Positions 19,946 to 30,142 are shown, numbered from the stretch's first letter. The stretch is 32,000 nucleotides of DNA from Paramicrosporidium saccamoebae KSL3 (GCA_002794465.1 MTSL01000014.1:1-32000), one strand, 5' to 3'. Translations and numbers: made by a program. Notes: generated by a model not told the origin, from the letters alone.

Positions 19946-20142
19946 CAGGATCCGCTTATGATTGGTAATCCTGATAGTTATCTACAGCCCAATCCAGATG
20001 TATTGGGAATGTCTGGCCTATAGGCAGGATTTACCATTTCTCAATTATGATTGGTCCGCGGGTGTCACAAGTTGGCCCTATTGGAAAACGGCTTCCCCCA
20101 CAACCGTTTTGAAGGAACTGACGCACAGAACCGGACGGCGAT

Positions 20143-21296
20143 ATGAGTACTGAAGAGCAAGGTGGAAATGCGGATTTTTTAGCTGCAGCTACTGCGGAAA
20201 TCCAAGAAGTGGCATTGCAATCCCCCTTGGCTAATAGAGAGGCTGAGCTCCGGCGGTCTATGCTGGAAATACACAACGATGCATTACTGACTCCAAAGGA
20301 AAAGGCCCAGCGAATGCAAGTAAGCACTTGTTTGTGTCATACTGATGATAGGATTTAATGATTGGCAAGTTCAACTTGAAACGGCCAGTATCAAGAAATT
20401 CCGAATTGTCTCGTTCAGGCTCCATACGAAGCCCTGCACCCGAAGACCAAAGTGCAATCGAGTCGCTCATTATTTCAGACGAAGATCGGGTTCCATCATT
20501 TCATACTAATGGACAGGATGCAGATGGCCAGAAAAACCTTGGCTGTCGCCATTACCGGTGTAATTGCAAATTCCGTTCGGAATGCTGCGAGGCCTGGTAT
20601 ACATGTCGACTTTGTCACGATGAGAAGGAAGACCATAGTATAGACCGGTACAGCATTAGATATATGCTGTGCATGTTTTGTCAGACTCCCCAGCTGGCTG
20701 CAAAGTCGTGCAGATCGTGCAATCGATCAATGGCGCACTATTTCTGTGGCATTTGTAATCTCTGGGACGATGATCCAGAGAAACCCATTTTCCACTGTGA
20801 AAAATGCAAGATTTGTCGAAAAGGGGTCCGAGAGGACTTTGTACACTGTGACCGATGCACTGGATGCATCAGCGCCTCCCATTACCCAAATCACAAATGT
20901 TTGGATGGGTCCCTGCAGAGCAGCTGTCCGATTTGTGGGGAGAATCTGTTCACCACAACTACAGCGGTTCTCTTTATGCCCTGCGGCCATGCGATCCATT
21001 TTCTGTGCCATCACGAGCACACAAGGAATTCTTATCAGTGTCCGATATGTCTAAAGTCCTTGAGCAACATGTCACATTTCTTTTCCAGAATAGACGAAAT
21101 GATGGAATCCCAACAAATGCCCGAGGAATACACAAGAGTCAAGTCGCAGATTCTGTGCAACGACTGTGAGAAGAAGAGTGTTGCTAAATTCCATTTCGTC
21201 TACCATCGATGCGAGCATTGCTCCTCATATAATACAAAACTACTGCGGACATTTAGTAGTGACGACGTTTCCGCAGAATCAGGTGAGCAACATTAA
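20143..21296 (+). CDS. RCHY1: CHY zinc finger / RING E3 ligase (Pirh2-like), 2 exons
   Basis: GCRHYRCNCK...CRLCHDEKEDH (CHY), RING CPICGE...CGHAIH...CPIC and terminal CNDC...CEHCSSYNT. Intron 20320..20351 (GTAAGC...ATAG, 32 nt). Confidence 0.93.
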
Positions 21297-21342
21297 ATAA
21301 ACATTTCCAGAACTATATAAGGATGAGTTGCATGAATAATGC

Positions 21343-23914
21343 ATGACGACAGAATGGTCGACGGATGATGATACCGCGCGAGATGAGGAATCTTGCATCA
21401 TGTCCTTGGTGTTCAAGCGAGGAGTGTTGGGTGCAGCAATACTTGAACGTGATGAGCAAGGAACCATGTTCATGATGAGGTGTGTACCCGAAACGGTCGG
21501 ATTTACGACATCAGAACAGTGTACACCCCGATACTCTCCCTTAATGCGCAATAGTGGTTTTTGAAAAAGTACCTGACATCATTATTGTTCCTGGCCGCGG
21601 CGAATACGAGTTTATTCAAAAAGTCGAGAGCTTGGTCCAGGAACTTCAGTCTCAAAAGGCAAGGACCGAGTTGGTGCGAGGAATGGCCAGTGAATTTAAG
21701 CCTGCAATGTTGCAAATTACCTTGCAGATGCCGAAAGAGGCCATCGAGGCAAATTCCCTTTCGGTATACTACTTTGCGGTACTCGAGTAATGCATAGATC
21801 TCTGCAGCTTCATCAATCATTTCGTTTCTCAAGCGCAGCACTCCAAGTGCACCACTCCCATGCTCCGCAGAATGGTTCAGCCGATCTCAGGGCGTCGCGC
21901 TAGACCAGGCATCTCTTCTTGCCTTGCAAATTATAAATGATGACTCACATCCAAACATGCATCTGTCAAATCGAGAGGGAGGGCTATCCTTGCTGAGTAG
22001 CCTTATATGTGAGCCTAATTTATAGCGCTAATGAATCAGTGCAAGTCTTCGCCAGGAAGAACCCTGATTAAACATTGGATTACAAACCCTTTGATCGATA
22101 AGAATGAAATCAACAAGAGGCTCGAGGCAGTGGATTGCTTCATGAAAATGCAACAGGAATCAAACATGATTACGTCAATTCAAAAATGCTTCCGTGGGCT
22201 ACCACGGATCAGAGTATTAATAGCGCAACGCTATAAATTATCCATAGGGTGCGCTCTGTGGAATCCGAGGCCAGCCCAAATTGACCAACTTTGAAGATCT
22301 TTGCAAGGCAAGTGTAGTTATAACCTACTTGACTTGATAGTTCCTGAGCGGAATGACAGAAGTGTGTCAAATACTTTCGGCAGGCAACCACGACAACTTG
22401 TCAGAGGTGAATGTTGGTCTGATAACTGAGCTAAACTCTACAATTTCCGGAATCGTACAGCGAGACCTTTATTAACAGCATAGATTGATTTTTCACAGTC
22501 GCGAATACAAGGAAGAATAGTGATTAGGTCCAAGGTGAATCCTGATCTGGATCAAATACGAAAACAATATACGGGGCTGCCTGAATTTTTAGCCAACATT
22601 GTCAATCAGATCGCAGCCCGCATTACGAGCACAAAAGTCAGTACCATCAACGTCGTCTATTTCCCTCAGCTTGGATTTCTAGTTACCATTCCGCTTACCA
22701 AGGAGACTGAGCTTCAGTCAATTGGAGATTGCGGTTTTGAACTGCAATTTAAAACGGAAAAGGTGGCCTACTTTAAGGATACGGCCACTAGAGGTCTTGA
22801 TTCCGAGATTGGTGACATTTTTGCCGACATTGTTGATTTGGAAATTGAAATTGTTCGTGTTCTTGCTGATCAGATTGTGCCACATTGCGCCACGCTATCC
22901 AAGTATGAGAGGCTGCTGGCTGAGGTAGATTGTCTGCAGTCCTTTGCCTCCTTTGCCCTGGAGAACAATTTAGTGAGGCCAGAAATTGTCGAGGACGAGA
23001 CGTTGGAGATTGTAAATGGGAGGCACCTGCTGCAAGAGCGAGTCTGCCATGGCGTGGTAGGCAACGACTGCATCTTTGGAGAGAAAAGACTTTTAATAAT
23101 CACGGGACCAAACAGTTCTGGAAAGAGCATTTATATGAAACAGGTAGATCTGATCTACAGTGTGTATTAAGCTGTAGGTGGCTTTGATTGTGCTCATGGC
23201 CCAAATGGGAAGCTTTGTCCCGGCCAAGCAGGCACGAATTGGAATAGTCGATAGGATTTACACTCGCATACAAACACGCGAGACGATCAGTTCGGTATAT
23301 TTTTCCTGTCGAGCAAACTTTAGGGGTCGAGCGCGTTTCAAACCGACTTGCTCCAGATTAAACGAGCGATTGAAGGATCAACAGAAAGATCCTTGATTCT
23401 AATCGATGAATTTGGAAAGGGAACCATCCCCAATGACGGAATCGCAATATTCACTGGCTTGATGAGGTACCTTATCACAAAGGAAAAGTGTCCGCGCACT
23501 ATTGCCATTACACATTTTCATGAAATCTATCAACAGGGACTACTCTCTCAAGATCTTCCCATCAGATGGAGCACCATGGACCTGCTAGAAGGCGAAGGCG
23601 ATAGTGTTGTCTTTTTGTACAAGGTAATTTCGGGCAAGACTCAGTCCAGCTTGGGAATTCGCTGCGCCCGTGCTGCAGGCATAAAACAGAGCACTCTAAG
23701 TAGGGCCGAGATCCTGACTGGATTGTATGCGGCCAAAGTGCCAAGCATTGACATTCGCTACGCCAGAGTTGATCCAATATTGGAAAAGTGTGCACTTGAT
23801 TTGATCAAATCAGTACAAGACGCTAATGAATCTGTTGAGGATGTTCAGAATATCGCCAAGATGCTTGTCCACAAACCACGCAATGTAGTAGACTTTAAAG
23901 TTGTGAGCTTGTAA
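21343..23914 (+). CDS. MSH5: Meiotic MutS homolog 5 (9 exons, about 771 aa)
   Basis: [15 protein letters not shown]|[15 protein letters not shown] and the MSH5-type LQI...SHP...GLSL block. Introns 21521-21554, 21764-21797, 21997-22025, 22214-22247, 22308-22340, 22455-22483, 23144-23177 and 23295-23323 give one continuous frame of 772 codons. Confidence 0.88.
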
Positions 23915-24055
23915 GGGTGGGTTGATCGAAAGACTTTTATTCATAATGTCACTGCAACTTGTTCGTGCAAACTAGGCCGTTGGATTGACAATAAACAAGT
24001 TACCTCATCTTTCCAAATCCCTCCCTTATCTCATAATTGATTTTGTTAAATTGTG

Positions 24056-24071
24056 GGCCTTTAAAAAGGCC
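24056..24071 (-). promoter_or_regulatory. Histone mRNA 3' stem-loop
   Basis: Minus strand CAAAT-GGCCTT-TTTA-AAGGCC-CACAA: a 6-bp stem with a 4-nt U-rich loop, 27 nt after the H2A stop codon. Confidence 0.85.
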
Positions 24072-24098
24072 ATTTGTATGATTACAAGGCGAACAGGT

Positions 24099-24494
24099 TT
24101 AGTATTCCTGAGACTGAGAGTCTTCCTTGGATCCCTTCTTGGGGAGGAGGACCTGGTGGATGTTGGGCAAGACACCACCGCTGGCAATGGTAACGTCACG
24201 GAGAAGCTTGTTCAACTCTTCGTCGTTGCGGATAGCCAACTGGAGGTGACGGGGAGAAATGGTCTTCTTCTTGTTGTCAGCAGCAGCGTTTCCGGCCAAC
24301 TCGAGAATTTCAGCAGTCAAGTACTCCAAGACGGCAGCGAGGTAGACGGGGGCACCGGAACCAATACGTTGAGCATAGTTGCCCTTGCGGAGGAAACGAT
24401 GGATACGACCAACGGGGAACTGGAGTCCAGCCTTATCAGAGCGGGACGTGGCCTTGCTTGAGTTATCTTTCTTGCCTCCTTTTCCGGCAGCCAT
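24099..24494 (-). CDS. H2A: Histone H2A with C-terminal SQEY (H2A.X-type) motif
   Basis: [25 protein letters not shown]...[18 protein letters not shown]...GGVLPNIH. Intronless, ends SQSQEY. Confidence 0.99.
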   Translation of the reverse strand: MAAGKGGKKDNSSKATSRSDKAGLQFPVGRIHRFLRKGNYAQRIGSGAPVYLAAVLEYLTAEILELAGNAAADNKKKTISPRHLQLAIRNDEELNKLLRDVTIASGGVLPNIHQVLLPKKGSKEDSQSQEY

Positions 24495-24532
24495 TTGCTA
24501 TACTACTCAGTTGAGTGTAGCCCCCTCCTCGA

Positions 24533-24678
24533 CCCCCCGCCCTTTATACCCGGCCCAATTGGCGGGTAAACTCGCCCGCTCCCCTGGTCCCGCCAATTTT
24601 TGGATTAGCCAGGGATTACAGCATCCAGCCCGCCAAACAGCCAAAGTATGGGGGATGTGTGCAGGGTGGGTTGATTGG
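24533..24678 (-). promoter_or_regulatory. H2A proximal promoter: GC box, TATA box and CCAAT boxes
   Basis: Minus-strand GGGCGGGGGG (24533-24542) and TATAAA (24543-24548). CCAAT/ATTGG at 24555, 24558, 24593 and 24674. Confidence 0.55.
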
Positions 24679-24796
24679 CGTGTGAGAGGGATGTAGAGCG
24701 GATTAACTAATGTGTTGAATAGTAGGTTCATCATTAGACTTTAACGAGTCCCCTTCAATTCAACAGTGATTTACGGGTTCTATAAAAATATTTTAT

Positions 24797-26930
24797 TTAG
24801 AACAAGAGATCAAATTTTGGATGCAAAAGGACCGTAGGATCATTCTTTAGGGACTTTATGGGCTTTCCAGCAACAACCGTCTCAATCTCTTCACGAGTCA
24901 GCGTCTCATAATCCAAAAGTGCGGCAGCTAATTTATCGAGTTGGGATCGATGGAGGGAAATGACTGCCTTGGCTCTGCTTTGAGACTCATCGAGGAGCCG
25001 CCTGATTTCCGAGTCGATCAGTTCGCGGGTCTGAGGGCTTAGTGTGTCCCATTCGTCATCTCCAATGACTACCGTTCCCACCTTGTCGCTCATTCCAAAT
25101 TGTGTCACCATGGCTCTTGCAATAGCGTTTGCCTGTGAAAAGTCATTGCTGGCGCCAGTGGTAATGTTGTCATCGCCAAATACCATCAATTCGGCCACTC
25201 TTCCTCCCATCGCAACATCCATCCTGGCCAGGAGCTGGGCTTTGCTCACGGACAACTCGTCCTTTTCTGGTAGCTGCGTCACCATTCCTAGAGCTCCTCC
25301 ACGCGGCATAATTGTAGCCTTGTGGATCGGATGTGCGTGCTTGGAGAACATTGCCACAATTGCATGGCCGCCCTCGTGATAGGCAGTGACGCGTCTCTCC
25401 TCCTCAGTGATGATTGTGGACCTTCTCTCAACGCCCATGAGCATCTCGTCCTTTGCTTGCTCTAAATGATGCATTGTCACCTCCAGCCCATTCTCCACCG
25501 AGGCGACAATCTTGGCCTGATTTACCATTTTGTACAATTCCGCACCGGAAAAGCCCGGAGTGGCACGAGCCATTACAGCAGTATCCACATCCAGCGACTG
25601 ATTCACGTCCTTCAAATACATTTCCAGAATCTGCTTCCTCCCCCGAACGTCAGGTAGTGGCACGTGGACGTGACTATCAAATCGCCCAGGCCGCAGCAAA
25701 GCTTTGTCGAGACTTTCTGGCAGATTGGTGGCGGCAATCACAATGACTCCAGTGTTCTCGGCAAACCCGTCCATCTCTGTAAGCAGTTGGTTCAGGGACA
25801 TTCTGGAGTGCTGCGGATCGCGGGGATTCCTCTTACTTCCGATTGCATCAATTTCGTCAATGAAAATGATTGCCGGTGCCTGCTCCTTGGCGCTGTCAAA
25901 CATTTGGCGGATCCTCATGCTGCCGACGCCAACAAACACTTCATCAAACTGTGAACCGGAGGCGTAGATAAAGGGGACATTGGCTTCTCCAGCGACAGCC
26001 TTTGCCAGCAAAGTCTTGCCTGTCCCAGGCGGTCCCACGAGCAAAACTCCCTTTGGCATCTTTGCCCCAAGCTTGTTAAACTTTGTTGGGTTCTTCAGAA
26101 ATTCAACAATCTCCTCCAGTTCCTTCTTTGCCTCGTCGCATCCTTGGACATCGTCAAAGCTGTACGTCTTCTCAACTGTATCTTTTTTGAAAAATTTGTG
26201 CACTTTTGTCGAGATTCCGCCTAGCCGTTGATCGTTCATTGTGAACACTGAGTAAACAATGGTTCCTACAATGAGAACATTGAGGACGGTCCAGACTCTC
26301 TTCCATCCGCTCGATGAAGTTGTGGTCTGAACAAAAATGGGCCGGTCCTTGGTGCCAAAATTCAAAAACGGAATCGAAGACGGACCATTTACGGCCTCTC
26401 CCTTGCTTCCAGAAGCAATAAACAGTCGTGCTGCACGATCAAGCTGATTAGTCTCATACAGAGCCGCCAGGTAGAGTGAAGCACATTCTTCGTCACGGGC
26501 ATATCTCATGTTTTCGAATCTCTGTATCACCACCTCTGGCTCGCTATCCACAAGCTCCCTATATAGTGCCGCCTGTCGTACTGAGCTGGCTGGTTCGGCT
26601 TCGGCAAGTTCTTCCAGTCGAACAATATCTCTACCGAACCGAAAGAAGAAACGTCGCTGAAGAAGGGGCTGGACGGGAGGCTGTCTTGGTCTTGGCTGAG
26701 TATGTAATGTGCGTTTAATGAGGGAAAACGGTGACCGCATCTCCTGTGCAGTGCAGAGCCTTTCCTTTTGTGTAATAGCTGCTTTGGCAATAGTCTCGGA
26801 CCCAAAAATACTACACATCGACCTCTAAATAGTCAGCATCCAAAGTACCCAGTACCGGTAATACGGCAGAGCTCGTTTGCAGAGTTACGGAACATGGCCG
26901 CTTGGTTGAACCTTGCGGCAATACACTCAT
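24797..26930 (-). CDS. YME1: Mitochondrial i-AAA protease (FtsH family)
   Basis: [24 protein letters not shown], second region of homology LLRPGRFD and HEGGH zinc motif. A probable extra 5' exon joins via intron 26825..26855 (31 nt), with candidate ATGs at 26930 or 27026. Confidence 0.93.
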
Positions 26931-27266
26931 AAATTTGCGCAACGAAGACTCGAGACCATGTGTGCCTGAAGAGTTGTAGCTCGCTAAAACTGAGGAATAA
27001 GAGTTGTTCCAACAACCCGACAGCATCGGACTCCTGATTGGCTCCACCGTGGACGCGATTTATGGACTATTGTATTGGATCTAAAGATAGACATTGGGAT
27101 CAAAGATGGGCATTAAAGGTAGATATCACAATCCAATGCATACCATCTGACTAATTAAATAGAGATATCAAAATGAATCAACAGCGCTCCACATCAGAGT
27201 AGTCAACAGGTGTTAAGATTATATCGGCCAATTATATCCCGAAATTCCACGCCGGTCTGCTTGGGA

Positions 27267-28225
27267 ATGTCGGACGGCACTATCAACTTTTTGAGTGGCA
27301 CTGCCGGTGGTATATCCCAGGTGCTGGTGGGCCATCCATTCGACACCCTCAAGGTGTGACCATTGGCCATAATGGACTCTTGCTCGTAGGTGCGGCTGCA
27401 GACGCAGAATGGCCAATACCGAAACGCCGTGGATTGCTTTGTTAAGACTTTGAGGGCCGAAGGCGCAGCAGGCTTGTATAAAGGTGTCGGATCCCCAATC
27501 CTTGGAATCGGCTTCTGGTATTCTTCAAGTCCGTTTTTGAACACTGTAGCAATGCTATCCTATTTTCTGCCAATGGGTTCTTTCGAGGCCTGCTTGCCGT
27601 AGAGGGTCAAGCACTTTCCCTTGGTAGTCAGTCTCCTCAATGCGTCATCTTATAGGTCAATTGACAATGGCAGGCTCCATGGCAGGTTCCGTGATGGCCT
27701 TTGCCAATTGTCCAATCGAGCTATTGAAAGTTCGGCTCCAAATCCAAGATCCATCGCGTCCACGAATCTACACAAGCATTTTTGACTGTGCACAAAAGTC
27801 ATACGCTGCCCACGGACTCAAAGGCCTCTATCGCGGATTTACAGCCACCGTGATGCGTGATATTCCAAGCTTTGCAGGCTACTTTGGTCTTTATGAAGGA
27901 ATGAAGATGATGCTAAAGTCCGAGGGCAAGGAGCTGGGTCATTTTGATCTTCTCCTGGCGGGTGGACTGGCAGGATTTGGTACAAGGATTGTTCTAATGT
28001 TCATTTATAGGCGCTTGGTTGCCATGCTACCCACAAGATGTTATCAAGTCCCGAATGCAATCTTCTGCACACTACCCTAACACATACGAATGCGCCGTCT
28101 CAATTTACCGCGACGGCGGTATACGCGCCTTTTTCCGCGGCTTTGGTCCAACAATGTTACGTGCCTTCCCTGCCAACGCGGCTACCTTGTATGTCTACGA
28201 ATTTGTTAGATCACAACTTCAATAA
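27267..28225 (+). CDS. Mitochondrial carrier (SLC25; YMC1/CRC1-like), 5 exons
   Basis: Three PxDxxKxR-type signatures (HPFDTLKVRLQ, CPIELLKVRLQ, YPQDVIKSRMQ). Introns 27354-27389, 27518-27549, 27624-27655 and 27980-28010 give 275 aa. Confidence 0.9.
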
Positions 28226-28293
28226 ACGCTGGCTACTACTGCGAAAAGATCCACGTGGTTTATTCTTTAAATAATTGCGCAATCCCATACAAT

Positions 28294-29921
28294 ATGCGCG
28301 CGCTGTTCAGTCGAGTTGGGCAACAAATTTCATCATCGGGAGTAAGAAGGACGAGAAACTTTTCATCAGCCTGTAAGCAACTCATCATTGATTGATCGGA
28401 ATAGTGGAAAATGACACTGTCAATAGAGAGGGAAGGGAGCCATCGTACATTGCATTGGACGTGTTGTCGTGACCATGTAGATTCTTTGAATCTGTCGAGC
28501 TCTACTATAACCGTGCAACAAAGCTGCTTGGTGACCGATTCTCCGCCGCCACGCTCGATCACATCCGGGCACCTGACACCAGTCTCAGCTTTACCTTCCC
28601 CATTGAGCGTGCTGATGGCAGCACTGAGATTATCACCGGCTACCGCGTTCATCACTCCAGGCATCGCACACCCACCAAAGGTGGGATTCGATTTTCCAAA
28701 AATGTCAATTTGGATGAAGTATCTGCGCTGGCAATGCTAATGACCTTTAAATGTGCAATCATCGAAGTTCCGTTTGGAGGTAGATGAAAAGTTGCAATTG
28801 ACTATTCTGTAGGAGCCAAGGGCGGAATTTCAATTGATCCCGCAGAGTGGGATCCTGTCAGACTCGAGCGGATCACCAGACGCTACACCTTGGAGCTGTG
28901 TCAAAAGAACTTTATCGGCCCAGCTATCGATGTACCCGCACCGGATATGGGGACTGGCCAGCGCGAAATGTCCTGGATTCAGGATACCTATCGACAGTTC
29001 TATCCGCACGAAGTAGACGGAATTGGCTGTGTCACTGGCAAGCCAGTCAACCAAGGCGGAGTTCGCGGTCGAACCGAAGCCACCGGCCTTGGAGTGTACT
29101 ACACAGTCCGCGAGTTTCTCAAGTTCCCCGAAATCCAGCGAAAAACGGGCATTAGTGGCATTAAAGGTGCTCGTATTGCCATTCAAGGCTTTGGTAATGT
29201 CGGCGCATGGGCAGCGCATTTTTTTTCCGAAAACGGAGCCAAAATTGTGGCCATTGGAGAACGTGATTCGTGTCTGTTCAACTCGGAGGGGCTCAACGTC
29301 AAGGCAGTTTCAGAGTACTTTTTGCAAAAGGGAACGCTATCAGGCTTTGAATCGTTGGGTACGGCGCATAATGCTGATCCCAAAGCAGTGCTGGAGGCGG
29401 AATGCGACATTTTGATTCCAGCGGCAATGGAACATCAGATCACTATGGAAAATGCTCATTTGATCCGTGCCAAGATGGTTGCCGAGGCCGCCAACGGACC
29501 AACCACTCCCTCTGCGGACCGGAAACTACATGAAGACGGCATTATAGTCCTCCCTGACATGTTGACTAATGCTGGAGGCGTCTGTGTCTCGTACTTTGAA
29601 TGGCTTAAGAACCTCAGTCATGTCCGTTTTGGACGGCTCAGCAAACGATGGGAAGAATCCTCAAAAGGCCACATGCTTGATCTCATCGAAGCCTCGGTGG
29701 GCACTAAATTCGAGGAGCAAGTGCGGCGAATCGTCGGGGAAGGAGCCAGTGAACAGCAAATTGTATATAGCGGACTGGAGGATACCATGATCAATGCGTG
29801 TGCAGAAGTACGCGGCGTGGCCATGGAAAAGAATGTTGATATACGCACAGCCGCCATGTATGCAGCGATAGTCAAGGTGGCAGATTGTACAGATACCTCT
29901 GGAATGATTTTTATGAAATAA
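28294..29921 (+). CDS. GDH: Mitochondrial NAD(P)+ glutamate dehydrogenase, GLUD1-type, 4 exons
   Basis: Arg/Ser-rich presequence MRALFSRVGQQISSSGVRRTRNFSS. Motifs PTKGGIRF, VPFGG|AKGG, DVPAPDMGTG, GRTEATG and IQGFGNVG. Introns 28373-28404, 28445-28480 and 28780-28812 give 508 aa. Confidence 0.95.
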
Positions 29922-29941
29922 ATTTTGAATGTCAGTAAGGG

Positions 29942-30142
29942 TGTCGCGTAGTGGGGATAAATAGTATGGACTGTCGGGCGGGAAGGGGGGGGTTTGTTCA
30001 CTATTAATCTTAGAATAGCATGGATACACATCTCACTGTCCTCAAATGCCCAGCAAAGCAATCCACTCTAGCACACAAATACGTCTTTTCCAAACTAAGG
30101 AACTATCCTCAAATACCCAACTAATCAGTCCTCTATGTCGCA
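29942..30142 (+). mobile_element. Dispersed TG...CA element, copy E (201 bp, carries all three internal modules)
   Basis: TGTCGCGTAGTGGGGATAAATAGTATGGAC...CCTCAAATACCCAACTAATCAGTCCTCTATGTCGCA, starting 20 bp after the GDH stop. Confidence 0.85.

Noticed and set aside
23985-24461. 158-aa ORF antisense to H2A
   Set aside because: A typical shadow ORF produced by histone codon bias, with no ATG start and no recognisable motif.
24560-24610. Sm-site-like AATTTTTGG next to a small hairpin (possible snRNA)
   Set aside because: No U1, U2, U4, U5 or U7 signature sequence nearby. It is better explained as a CCAAT box plus T-run in the H2A promoter.
24675-24720. TGTGAGAGGGATGTAGAGCGGATTAAC as another element right end
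   Set aside because: Similarity is too weak, the CAAATACCC core is missing and there is no matching left end.
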